A stretch of DNA of 64,000 bases from Laetmonice hystrix (Eukaryota), in assembly GCA_965235115.1 (NCBI GenBank), contig OZ249438.1, positions 30,008,001 to 30,072,000 on the forward strand, given 5' to 3'. The notes beneath the pieces were generated by a model. That model did not search any database and was not told where the DNA came from. It saw nothing but the letters and a program-made list of their open reading frames with translations. Shown piece after piece: positions 27,158 through 40,900 of the stretch. Numbering within the stretch: position 1 is the stretch's first letter; every line of letters begins with the position of its first letter. The translations under genes and the position numbers were made by a program.

Positions 27158-30100
27158 TATATCCAATAGTTTCGAAAAGTAAACCGTCAGCTCTATCTAT
27201 TCTACACTAAGACACCTAGAAATCATGTCTATTGACCTTAGGGTTTCTGGAACAAACTCCTCTCACATGATTTCAATATATGTTCAAATATTTTGTCATC
27301 ACAAAGGTCTATCTATCGAGGTTAAGGTTTAGCAAGTTAGACCTAACGCTATGTAGTAATGAGTTTTAAAACCGAATCCATAGAATCCACGGAGGACATA
27401 ACGGAGGGAATGTGCATGCTTGTGAATCATTGGTGTTCACACTACTGTTTGTTTGGCTCGATGCGAGCGGTATACTGCCGCATTGCCTGCCAACTTCCCA
27501 TAGTTCTGATGTAGGTGCACGGACATCCTACTCAACCTCTGTGTCATCTTCATCTGTTCTTGAACAAAGCTTTTTGATCACTTGAAAAAAACTGTGGCCA
27601 GTTAATAATCGATGGTCTTGATGTGCGGCTATGTCTATTGCAGACGGATGCGTCTTTAGACGATAGAGAGCCTTACCAAAGGAGACTTAACCTGACAGAA
27701 AGTCTGGACTGTGGACTTCAGAGGCCGATAATGGAAAGACAATTCCTTCTACATCAGCACTGGTTCTTTGATCACGGCAAAGTTGGCAAATCTCCATCAG
27801 GAGAACACATCTGTTTCAATTTCTGTGCTTCTCCGGGTCTTAGGATGCGCTCACGCCCCCGTCCATTCTCTAATTTGAAATAATCAGGAATGATGCAGAT
27901 TTTAAGGTCATCAGACAGTGCTCACTCTCGACAAGTGCTAACTTTCACCATCTTCTCCTAGTGTTTTATCGTCGACATCAAAAGAAATTTTCGAAAAACT
28001 ATATATACACGTATGTTTGTATAAATAATGCAATTATATTATTTAGTATTTGTCTTGCTACCCTAAATGTAGTCGAGAAAGTGCGGAATGGCTCCAACAC
28101 ATTTCACCGGTAGAATATCAGTTGTCTTAGGAACAATCAAGTAGAGCGGTAAATCCTCACAAAGAGCAGGGGTACAAATCAATGTTCATGGCATCAAAGA
28201 AACCGAGATCTTAGGACAGAGGTTATCCATTAAACGTTACTGATAACCCGGCGAACTATGGGACACACACCTTCGATCCCTACCGGGTTTTTATACACTG
28301 CCCACCACTGAACAATCTTCATCTGTGCATATTATAGCACTTATTGAATATTTTCTTACGCTACCTTGAAATGTCTAAACATCTCGAACGTAAGCAGGTT
28401 AGCAGTGGCCCCTTTTCTTACAAGATCGTTATTAATCAATAATGAAGCCCGGACATGTCATTTTAGGAAGGTCAAATAAAGCTGTAAGTTATTGTCAGAT
28501 CTAGGTCAATTATGAATCCTAGACAGAAGGGCTTGGTGGATTCCATCGATCCACTGTGGTTGTTGTTCACATCAGTGTTCACATCAGTGAACAAAATGTG
28601 ATTCTTTCGCAGGTCACCCACCATATAAGGGCCTCCTCAGGACCTGCTCAACGCTGGCGGCCAATCCCGTACTTTGCACTGCCAAGGTGTCCCTGCATAT
28701 TGAATAGAGAATCCAAACTCAACCATGATCTTTTCACCTGGGGATGTGTGACCTGAATATCAAAGCTGCCCTATGGCCGCAATATACCAACACAACACTT
28801 CTTCACGCGCGAAAAAAAACACAGCAGAAAAAAAGATCCTGCTATAATATTCGGGGATCAATCCACACAGAAACCAATTGTCATGCCATTCTGTTGTAAA
28901 ATTACTACTTCAAAGGTACAAGGATATTGGCAAGATACATTGCTATTGATGTCATTTATTCTACTGCCTGGTGCCCGCCTTAATTAATCCCCTGTCACAC
29001 GCTCGTGTGGCCTTCCTGTGTCACTGGGGGTTCTGGATTCAGAAGAACATAGTGCTTCAGCTCCGCAACCTAATTTTAGAATTCTAAATGTGTTGACTCC
29101 GTCCCTTGTATAACAGAACTAGTAAAGATAAACACACCATTAATAGAAGTGTAATTAAAAAACCACTGCCATTTTATTAACCTCAGTTGTACCCGCCACA
29201 ACGTTTACACAGATTCTCACCGCATACAGAACCTTTGATGTTATTTAAAATTTCTCCCAAAAAAATAAAAGGCTAGCTAAAAATAAAAGGAAAAATGTTG
29301 TTTAAAAAATCACCCTGACCCCTTTCGGGTACTAATGGTGTCATTATACGCACGCGCGTGCTCACAAAGAACCATATAAACTGATGGAGCTCCTGTAGCC
29401 ACGTCACAGGACGCTCAAAATGTGGGCGAAATCAGCATCAATTGTTGAACAGTGGATCCATTGAGCCTCGGCAGGCCCCCGTGTCGATCATTCCCAGGCG
29501 ACTGAACATGAGTTAGTTCTGGTGGTCAGAGAACGGGTTGTTGGTCACCGGCAGACAAAATGACCGCGGCTCGATAGATTTTCACAGCGTGATAAAACAC
29601 CCACGCATCTGATCCGGCCGCCGGCTGTCCCGGGCCCAGTACGGTGACTCCTCGACATTATAATATCAATAACATAAAAATAATCCCATATTCCCCACTT
29701 AAACCCCCTCTTTTCATCACAATCAACAGAGGTATTCATGTAACAGGGGTTATTACTCGATCAGAACATAGCTGTGTGTGAACAACGTTGGGATAGGGGA
29801 GGGGCTGGGAGTGGGTGTAGGGAGTAAGTTGACGTCTTTTATTGAGCCAGTCTCCAATCCCCACTCTCGACACTATTTCCTTAACACCCATTGCAGCAGT
29901 GAGGCTCTTTTGACAAGGCCTCTAATTGCATTATTTCAGCTTGTAGACTTTTATACACTGAAATGTGATACTTGCTACCGACTGCATAGAAGTCATGGTA
30001 GGTCCTATATGATATCGCTTACTGGAAGCATAGTCTGGCAGAATGCGATTATTCTGGAGTTACAAAGAAAACCGGTTGTGATACAAAGAGGTTGCGTGGC

Positions 30101-30559
30101 CCTCATTCAGAAATGGGTGATTGCCAAACTGGGCGAGGAGGACCAATGACAATAGACACGTAACGCCAATTAACCCAGGTCCGGAGAACATCCACCTGGT
30201 CCACCCAAACACAGGGCCCGTTTAAAACATAGATCAAGCAAACACAAGGCTCATTTCAACCGCCGTCTGTAATTGCTGCGTCATTTAGCCTTCTGTGGAC
30301 GACGAACATGCCAACGTTTGACGTGGGTCAGGAAACAAATCACCCAAACGTGACTAATTAATCTGACCGACGGCCTCTTACCCCCTCCGGCAGGGGTTGT
30401 CGTTATCTTCACCCCATTCCTATCACAAAACAGGTCTAGTTCAACCTATACAAAGTCGACCAAATTCATGCCTTACTAGTACCCGTATACTCAATAACCA
30501 ACTGAACATTCTCAACCCAAACACGAACATACAGCTTGACACGTCATAAGGTATGGAAA

Positions 30560-30607
30560 GCCATGTACTGGGCCATGTACTGGGCCATGTACTGGGCCAT
30601 GTACTGG
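30560..30607. repeat. Minisatellite (GCCATGTACTGG)x4
   Basis: Four perfect 12-bp copies. Confidence 0.95.
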
Positions 30608-31029
30608 TCACAGAGCTCTCCGAGTTAAGTATTATATTGATACACTGTCACAATATTTAACATCAATTGGTAATCTACAATGCTCTCATTGGTTATATTA
30701 TATAGGAATATGTACTCGTGTATCACATTAAAGTACGTTTGTAATTCTGAATTTGCATGCGGATAAAGAAATAATGACTCTGGCTGCTATTCGGTCATGC
30801 AAGGCACGTGGTGACAGGGGCACAGGTCGAATCCGCCCCACCTCCTGCGCCTCATTAGGAAAGGTAGGGGCAGATGTTTGAAGCTACATCATCACAATCC
30901 GAATCTACACACTGCCACCGCCTTGTTATGCTTTCACTGAATAAATACTTCAACACGTCTATTTATAAAATGGAGGCCCTTGGTACTAGTACAGAAATTG
31001 GTTTTGTCGGAGTTAGGTCATTGAATATC

Positions 31030-31330
31030 ATACGTTTGGCCAATCCCACCTCCCCGGATAGACGCCCGATTGGCCCGGCCTCGGTCGGTTTAGTGGGAAT
31101 CCAACCATTTGCACACCTGTGGCCAACGTTTTATCTCCTGAGGTCCGAGAGTCACTGATGTAACTGGTTAATCCACCAGTCGCAAGGGGTCATTAGCCGT
31201 AGAAACGTGCCCCGGACACACTGAAATACAGCTGCCACCACTACCGCCCCCTCCCCACACCCCCGACCACTCCGCCCTTCCTCGGACATTCAGCCGCTGG
31301 AGTGGGCGTGCCATCTCCTCGGAATCCTTA
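31030..31330. promoter_or_regulatory. CpG-rich promoter/enhancer-like island (CCAAT and GC boxes)
   Basis: CCAAT at 31040, ATTGG at 31069, CCGCCC at 31244 and 31272, and GGGCGTG at 31304. No linked gene was identified. Confidence 0.35.
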
Positions 31331-34300
31331 GCCACGATTATGCAACACTGGACAGGCAGTCATGCAGCAACCGTTCGTGATCTGCCAGATTTCACGGTCC
31401 GCTGCAGACCCAATGCAGGCTTCTCAATGAATTTGCAAATTTGCCCCCAGGTCTTCACCCATGGCTGCGCTCACACCAAGGAGCAAGCGAGGGACCGACA
31501 CCCTAAATAACAAATAAAGTTGACTCTCTGCTGACTGGGACATGGCCCACATGATTAAAAAGTGGCCCTGATCTCCAGCAGGCGGTTGATGAAGTATTTG
31601 GTTATGTACAGGGCATGTTTTATTCAAAACAAAGCCGTACTGCACGTCTTATTTATTACTCTTTCCCCTAATAACGTGAACGCGATTCCTTTGTACATAT
31701 CGATCATCTGTTCTACCCATTTCACATGATTATCTACCATTAAAAAGGTCATAAAAACACTTCTTTTGTCATAACGTCTCATTACGACTCCTTCCTTCCA
31801 ACACATAAAAAACCGATAAGATCATACCGAATGAAAAAAGTACTGCTATTTTATTCATAGATTGCATGACTAATTTCCTTGCATGACAGATTTTGAGAGA
31901 GATTCAAAACAAGAAAAGGTACAAACATGTAGGCAGGCAGGCAGACAGGCAGGCAGAAAGAGAGAATGGAGGCCAACAGACAGGCAGAGATTGACAAAAA
32001 CAGGTGCACAACTACAAGACTAGCATACAGCTGGTAATTCAATGCAAAAATATACTGATAATATGCTTCAGATGAAGACAAGACGACAGACAATATGATC
32101 CACCGCAAGAGGTGAAGTTTCATCGTTATACACTCGCACGATGTGAAAGCGTTAGAGTATAACAAATTGCAATCAACGAAAAACATTACCATCCGGTACA
32201 TAAAGTAAGAGGCTAAGCACAACATGCACTTTAAAAAAGAATTCACGTAAATTCTCGTATTTATGTGAAAGCGCATTTGAAGATTAAAGGTACATGTAGT
32301 TGGCATCTCTGGGGTAATGTGCAACCTGTGCTTCTACAGTAGGCCTACACCAACTTCGGATCCATACATGGCACAGACAAATTGCATCACACATCAAATT
32401 GCCCTTGCCGGAAACCTTTTAGCTATATTCTTAGAAATCTGCTATGATTTTGTACATATGGAAAATAGTTACCAGATGCGTGTTGACACGTCATCGGGAT
32501 GCAGGCGGACTGTCGCCATGGTCTGAAATCGAACAAAATATGGCCAACTTTCAGTTGTCAGCCAGTAAAAAAAATTGCTAAGCACGACATGCGGGTATTG
32601 TCTTTGTACCAAGGCTGATTTAAAACACTTCATGCCTGTTCAAAGTCTGGCTTGAATGGGCCAGAAATGTGAGGCTCTATCTGTGTTCCCATCCAATATA
32701 GCTGGCATTCATTGGGTCAGATCAGAAAATTGTTAGGCGTGAATCATGCCGTTATGGAACATCAGGAAAGTGCCTCACGACGCAGTTTGATGTGTTCCCA
32801 TTTTACACTGACAGGCCAAGTATTGACACAATCATAATGGAACATCAGAGTGGCAACAGGACAGAACACAATGCAACATATACAACCCATAATGACAGAT
32901 AAAACACAACCTTGCAGCGAAACAAGGCCACACGGATATACACACGAATATACCAATATGGTGGATAGGATAATTGTTTCATTATAATAGAGTGGATACT
33001 CAGTGCGCTGACGATAGCAAATCAACTATTTAAATATGTTGCATGATCTGGACTTCTAACATGTAACCTTGGATTACCTTTCTGTTTGTTCAATAATCTC
33101 CTACAATTTTCTGTCTACAAAGTTTGTGCATGATTAGACTTTTCTCTTCACAGACATGGAGTCTATCCCATCAGCACATGCCATTATTTTTACCGGAACC
33201 TAATTCATCTGGGATCATCCTATGGCTGATGCATTTTTTTTCTCTGTGTGAATTCAGCCGATGCATGCAATGCATCCCTGAAAATTAAGCTGCTCTTATT
33301 AAGGTTAACACGTGGTACAAGAAATGAGCAGGCCCGGGGTGCATGACCAATTATTCTCACAAAGATGGAGATTAATTGGCGGTCGTTCTCCTCCTTTGTT
33401 TACAATACGGGTTGAGGTTACACCAGATGGAACCCCTCCCCGCTTTGGATAACGCACGGGAGCAATTACTGCCCCCTCTAAACAAGCTCATACTACAATA
33501 CAACATCGTAGAGTCAACGATGGGGAAGGGCCGGCCCTCATATCCAATTGAATTTTTTTATAACTTTGCACAAACCCAGAAATATTATTCATCAGGTCAC
33601 TTTCCACATCATAATGCGCGTTACAATGCGCCAATAACACTGAATTCATTTCCGTATTAACACGTTTTGATAGATATATTTGGCCTGACTACATCTTTCT
33701 CCTATAATACATGGAGGTCCTGGAATCATTCTGACGCCCAAATCCAATAAGCATACGCTTGAGCGAGCATAGAGCTGATTGAAACCCATTGGTGTAATTC
33801 GGTGACTCGAAGTAATGACTGTATGTCCTATATTATGCAGAGAAGAGCTCCTTCCCTTCCCCACTCCAGCAATTTACAGACTGGCAGTGCTGGACTTGGG
33901 ACTTTTGACATTTCCACACGAAACGCCCATTTAAGGCGTTGGCATGACCGACTCAGTGACTGCAACAACATATGTCAGGCACATAGGGGTAATGACATGA
34001 TATACCCTTCCTTCCTTCCTCTCCCTTCCTCCCACCCACGGAACAATGGAGATACAAACTGTGGGCCAAAAGAGATATCTGCCCTCTTTCTGATGCCCCA
34101 ATGTCAACCGCATCCTGTCTGTACCCCTTTGCTGTGCCCGTACGTGTGCGACTAGCACTTAACTGAGGGTCATCCAGTCTTGGCTCACTGCCCTCCAGGC
34201 ACACCTCATTAGAACATATGTCACTGAGTGACCACGGAGGTATCCACACGTGTTCATACACATCTCCTGACATGGTATTCTCCAGTATAGTTTCTTCGAC

Positions 34301-36802
34301 ATGAATATCGGCTCATATAAGGTACCGTCCTGTCCACAGTAAGCGCTGGTCTCACAGGCCACATCTCTGACCAACATGGCGTTTGAGTCATCACAAAAAA
34401 AGGCCGTAAGTGGTTGGGATCGGGTCCAGCCTAGTTGGTGTTACATCATCATCTGTTCGCTGAATCCCCTCTGAAAATAACAGGAAACTGGACGAACTGA
34501 TACCTATAGAATGCCCCCCCCCCCTCCCCTGCACCAAAGACAAGGTCAGACGTACCAAAATGTATCTCATACCTGGATAGTTTTGTATCCTGGCGCCATG
34601 AGAATATTGCCCTTCCACGCCTGTTATTGATCATGCAGGCAGAATGTGGGACTTGGTTCTTCAGGAGGAATCTATCGGATACGTGTTGAGCTCTTGTAAA
34701 TGTCAATCTGGACCTTAAATCCCCCACCCCTAAATAATCCGTTGGGGGACACGCGAGGGTCACTTTCACAACGCCACGACCACTTTTAGCAGTGAGATAA
34801 CAGATAAAAGGGAGCCATTGCTGGAGTGCGTTATTGCCTGCCTTATGTCGGCAGACCGTCCGGGTTACCTGCACCTAGGGACCCTTTGCCACGACCTATG
34901 GCGCGACCTCTGCTGGAAAGGAGCCCCTCGTAGGATCTAAATTCTTAGTAGTTGGTCGTAAGTCACAATCACTGCTGGGCCTGACGAGGAGAACTGCCGG
35001 CAGACTTCATGTATGATGGCTAACCTTTCCCTTGTCCATCTACAAGCCCGACCATTCCTTTTCATGTGCACGTTCCAACTTTCACTACCACCCTCCTGAC
35101 ATTACCCGTTTCCATCATAAGGTCCTGGATTTACGTGCCCTTTTATCCGTCACTGCACAGAGAACCACATTCATCGATTGGTCCCATGCTGTTCCGGGCT
35201 AAGTGCCAGGGAACCAATCAGAACACTCTGTGAGAAAATTCCTGCGTCGATTTCAATTATAAAGCGGACAGTTTGTTTTTGACATGGGTGTTTGCAAGCG
35301 TCTGAAGCCGAACTCCTTGTTGAATGAGAATCTCTTAGAAATGAGTGATTGGTAGTTGAGCATCCAACCGCGATGTCACCCTGAGAGGACTGGGTAGCAG
35401 TACTCAGTGGAATCCCAGACAGCTCACCCAGGCACTCATTTGCATGATCCTATCTCCGGCGCCAACAGCGAACTTGTCAACTTGGGACTTCCATGGCCAT
35501 CCAACCTGGTGTAGAGGCTCCATCAATCTGCTCACAGTTGCTAATGACTTTTTTTCTTGTTTGCAAACTACTCTAATTATTGAAGGTGTTCTCGGCATGT
35601 CTGTCTCTGTGTCTACCGGTACGTTTGAAAAGGCAGGATGCCAATCGGAGGCAACAGGCCTCAAATAACTTGGAAGTACTTAATTAGTAAGCTCACTCTG
35701 ACTGGTTTATCTTACCTTCACAGACCACTGAATACCTTTTTTTCATTAATTTTACGGGCAAATTTCAGATGACTCTTTAATTTAACTTCTTCATTCATAG
35801 CCTTTTTTTCTCTCTATTTCTGTCTCATAGGATTTCTATATAGATACACGTGCAATGACACATAATCATAATGTGTAGAATAAAGTATTCACACTTGAAA
35901 CCACATTAGAACAATCAGACATTATTTGTTATCAGTGTTGCCTCAGTACGTACCTTCCAAAGCATGAACTTGTTGAGTGGTTCGCACCACTGCATGAGGA
36001 AGACACTGTTGGCCATAGCCCCACACAGGTATAAATAGCCATTGCAGGGGTTCCTACCCACCGAACACCGCAGACATCTCTTACATATTATGATAATTCT
36101 GTCATTTAATACGTTTTCCAGTAGAATAATGTCACCTTGAATTACAATGAGTCACAGAGATGCTATTCACCATCCAATGGCTATAATTAAGCATCTAGTT
36201 ATCCACCCATTACAGTCGTGCCAAAAAAATAGCTCAACCTAGTTGTGTATAGTTTACTATTACATGCACATTGCGTGCCATCATGACAACTTGTCATTAT
36301 GACATATATCTTGACGGTTGTTCTTATATGCCGCAAGCTATGATAAAACTAAGAAGCTGCCACTGTATCTGTATTCTGTAAAAAGCTGGATTCAGACAGC
36401 ACCGATATCACGATCTCATGACACTGATAGATACCCTGCAGTGATGTTCCCTCATCTGCCTCCTGACTACAATATATAGCCTTGACATTTTCCTGTGCTT
36501 GTTCACATTGAGAATCTGGGACAACAGACAGTATTCGTCTATCACTTACCAATACAAGCACGCCAACTATGTATACTTTTCATACAGCTAGAAAGAAGGG
36601 GCTAAATGTGCCAAACTTATTACAAACCTCATTGCATATAGAAAAGAAGAGGCAAGTTTTGCCAATTAGGCTTAAAATTTCTAGCAAAGTGATGGGTCCT
36701 CTAAAAATAGCAGTGCTGCCGACTGCTTTATCAAAGCCGGCCGTGTCACGATACGTCTCCGTGGAGGGGAATGTTAAAACACGTTAATCTATCTAAAAGA
36801 GT

Positions 36803-36960
36803 AGGGGTTTGCCCCGGTGCGCGAGTTTCTTCCTATAATATCATTATCACCCAATGGACTTCACCGACTGAGTTAGTTACCTTGTTCTCGCCCTGATATA
36901 GCTGAAATACTGCTGACTGGGCGTTAAACACCAACTACTCACGTACTCACTCACTCATTC
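36803..36960 (+). mobile_element. 5'-truncated SINE (3' end) with (ACTC)n-type tail and 12-bp target site duplication
   Basis: Exact direct repeat ATCTAAAAGAGT at 36791-36802 and 36961-36972. The 3' end reads gatatagctgaaatactgctgactgggcgttaaacaccaact followed by actcacgtactcactcactcattc, a tail type I recall from marine invertebrate SINEs. No tRNA-derived head is present. Confidence 0.8.
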
Positions 36961-37882
36961 ATCTAAAAGAGTTTTTAATGAAGATGTACATTATGTTTGA
37001 TATTTAGCCAAAAGATATTAAAAAAATCCTTTAATCCTTAAGTTCAAGGACAGACTACATACGGTAGCTGTGATTAATTACTGTACCAGTGCCTACAGTT
37101 TTACACCGAGCGAAGCCAAATTGCCTGACTCCAAGCACTGAGAGGCACACATGTCTTCTAAGAAATGCAAAAGCTTGTTAGACTGTCCCCGTGGAACCAG
37201 TGACATTTTGCATGCAATGCAGCCATCTGGCAATGGATCATGGGGAAAATAGGTGTCCTTCCACGAGTGAAGTGTTTGCTGATGGCCGGTCAGCCTTCCA
37301 AGAACCATTACTGCTAAAAGCTAAGACGAGATGAGATGGGCCGAGCCAGTACTGCGCTCAACAACCACAAATGTAGGCATATACTCATCAGGAAGGCCTC
37401 GTCGAACTCTGCAAGCAATACACTGTGATACCTCGGGGAAATAATACAAAAACAACACGCAATCAACTGACCGAGAAGGCTCATTGCACTTCATATGGTT
37501 CCTGGAACCTTCTAAGGTGACAAACGGTTCGCTATCTATCAAAATTAAAATATTTTTGAAAGTTCATTACATCTTGGTTGATTGTCTTGCCACTTCATCA
37601 TGTACAGTTTCTGCCAGCAAAATAAAACACTATGGTAAACATGATTCCTAATACAACTCATACAACTCCAGTCGGGCTTTTTTCCGACCTTCACAACAAG
37701 AGTTGCTGCGATTCAGAAAACGAATCGCAGCAACAAAAGTTTCTGCAATGTGCGCCAGTCAGACAGGGAATCGGGCAATGTACGTTGGTCAGCCAACTCA
37801 ACACAACTCGGTCGTCGCTAGGGGCCAATCACAGCGCCGCAATATCCCGCGTCATCCCTGATCTAGCCGATGTAGCTCCAAG

Positions 37883-37945
37883 ATGGCCGAGTGGTTGAGT
37901 GAGCAGAGAGAACAAGAGTTCATAGACATGTGGCAAAGTAGGCCC
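37883..37945 (+). pseudogene. Truncated MADF/Myb-SANT-like N-terminus, probably a PIF/Harbinger ORF2 remnant
   Basis: ccaagATGG start, then MAEWLSEQREQEFIDMWQSRP, matching the W...E..LI.LW..RP(CLYD) start of MADF domains. Similarity breaks after RP and a stop follows at 37967-37969. Confidence 0.5.
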
Positions 37946-40900
37946 GCTGAAATCCACTGTCATGTCTAGCAGCCTATTTTATCAATGAGTGGGCCAGAGC
38001 AGGACCAGAGTATATCCTGCTGATTTTATTGGTACCACTTCAGCCCCCCCCCCCCCCCGGAAAAACTATCTTCCGAGACTTATGCAAGGATTGCCAAAAA
38101 TTGTCAGGGATCCCTACACTAATACCCAGAGGATAAATGATTGACACTTCCAATAGAAAGTAATCGGCATGATTAAATATACTTTTGAATTTACTTCCAT
38201 AGACAATCAATGTCAGAGTACAGTTGTTAGTTATAGATAACACGCGACTCTGCACAATATGGCCAAATGTTGCAAGTTGTACCAACTGCACAGCAGCAAC
38301 AAAATTTGTGCAATATACGCCCAGATTTATGGGGTTGTGTTGACTTGTGCAATTTTTACCTTCCCAAGAAGGTTACTACTGTTCCATGCCCTCATGGCCA
38401 TGGCCTCATGGCCATCATTTTCAAAAGCCTTTGACTATCTAGCGATGTCACAACTGATGAGGATCCTGTAACGTGCACTGCGATATCTGACAGGTGATCT
38501 GACCTACTATCTGGCAGTCAATTGAGGCATAGCATGTCTACCTTACATTTACCTACTTCTTAAAAACGTTTTACCTTGTTCCATATCTGTATTTGCAACA
38601 ACGGACAACAGACCTTGATGTTCTGTCTTCTACAACAGTCTTTTTCCTCTTAAGGATAATGGTACACCCCAACAGAAATGCATCAAGCGATAACCCTCTT
38701 TTACTTTACCAATACTTCTTAAGATTGTAAAAAATATCACTCAAGAGTTTTGAATTTAATGTGGCGATACACACAGGTTATTGTGGCGTTTTTCACTCAC
38801 TCGTGGAGTCACCAATCTTGCTGAATTTCTAGTTTGTAATTTCTTCGCTAGCCTGCCTCTTTGTGTTTCTAATTTAAGCCGAGGCACTTATATGATTGCA
38901 ATAGCCTGTTTATAAAACATCAAACATCGTCGTCATAGACCGCATGTCTCCTTGGATCTCATTCAGATCTGGCCACATGTGGCGTAAAGCCAGGCTTAAT
39001 CAACGTAGTTCTTTTATTCTAATTAGGCAGGCCCCTATGTTAAAGCTATGTTTATTGTAGTGTCATTAGGCCACCACCGCTCATGATCCTTACGGCGTAA
39101 TTCTGCGGTTGGGGGTCTTCAATTTATGTTCTGCTCACGTATCATCTCGGTTTTGTCTAGTATAACCTTTTGCTGTTCCTGATTATAGTTTGTCCGTTAT
39201 CATAAAGCAACGCAATTTTAAAAGCGTTTCTAATGGCTCCAAGATCAAATGAATCGTCGAAACATTAATTATTTCACACACAAGGTACAGAGATCCGCTT
39301 AGAGAAGAACCCTCTATGGTACGGTTCTACCAATCGCCTTCAGTCTCAGAATCTTCCTAACACTCAGGGATGAAGGAAACTTTACGTCTGCCGTCATGGC
39401 CGCATATCAATTAGCTGCTTACGACCATACATCTTCACTGAAAACAGACTAGGGATGACTTATGGCTGCCCCACGCCAAGAAATAAATTGCCACGAAGTC
39501 TTACCAAGAAGTTTGGCAGGAAGTTCTATTTCAACGATCCAGGAATTGGCAGCAGTTCTTACCGTCTAATCAGACCCTAAGGTTTAGCCAAGAGTCTGAT
39601 CATCGCCCGATCCTAACGTCCATCCCCATCCTGGTAACAATACTTACTTTTCAATATGTACATGATTATTTCTCAGAAACGGTTTGCTACCAAAGAGATA
39701 AAGGACGTAGTGACTGAAGGACGTAGTTTTTCACAAAGGGCTTTTCTATTCTGTAGTATGTGTCTTAATTTGGCAATATGAAGGTGTACCTGCAACAAGT
39801 GAGAATCAAGCCATGCATCCCAAAGATCCAATGAATAACACTATAAAATGTCTCAATTTAAAGTAGGTTATTGGTCTATTTTGCAATCACATAGGATCAA
39901 TGTAAGAATGGTTAGGCCTACTGCCGGTATATAAAACCAGGTATCTCCAAACCTTGCGATGGTACGTATATCAGCATTAGTCTTTTTTTCTTATTGCTAT
40001 TTGAAACAGCGACAGATGTGTGACTTCACTAAGAACGTCATCTCGTGACATCCGCAGCAAGTGCAGAAGAAAATATCCATTTATCTAGAAGCACACGTGC
40101 GATCCCCCAGCTCCAAAATAGCCAATTCACCCGGACGCAGAAACACGCAACCACCACCCTCCTTCGCCATCACATTCCAGATTTATTATTGGGCCAGCAC
40201 TTAGCCCTGTCGATGCAGGGCTTTATAGTCAGTCTTATTTGTCGTAGTAATTGGTATCAAATGTAAGGCATGGTAGTTATGAGACTAATGTTCAGATTTA
40301 TGATGACAATACAAATAGCCACATGACATGATAACTTTCTTAATGGTCCAATCAATCAAGGTTGAAACACAGGCCCTGTCAAGGTGTCTCGTGTTCTGTG
40401 TTTCCCCTCGCTGCCGACCTTCCCTGTCTCCTAATACCAACAACAAAGAGTCCCTCAGAAACAACACGCACCCAAGTCCAAGAACAATCTTTTCCTTGAA
40501 GAGCAAATCTTGTAATGGTATAGAAAGGCTTGCGCAAACAGCTGGCTTTTCAACCTGCAGGTCCCATCGAGGTACCTCGCTACATGCCCGACAGGCCAAA
40601 CTTGGCAAAGTATCCAAGGGCATTGTGGCCCTTAAATCAGAGCGGCAGTTGCACTGGAGGACCATTTCTCATGATATTTCCTCCGCCAAGGCAGATAAAA
40701 AATAACTCTGAGTGTAGCACCCAAACAGCCTAGGGTGGCTACTTGGTTGCTGGCCAGCAAAATTAGACCCTCATTCTCCAGCCTGTTTTCAGGGAATTTT
40801 GTGGTTGTCTTATTATAAGTGATTTATTTAAACCCTTGATTAGGAGACAGAAGAGAAGCCTAGGTTGACAGTACCTAACGTCAATGTAAAAACACCATCT

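Noticed and set aside
28271-28281. CTTCGATCCCT resembling a tRNA B-box
   Set aside because: It lacks the conserved GG, and there is no A-box or cloverleaf.
34561-34700. CISYLD...GYVLSS resembling Gypsy RT; VDIGAS protease-like motif nearby
   Set aside because: The YLDD motif is incomplete and the protease-like motif is on the opposite strand, which is inconsistent with one element.
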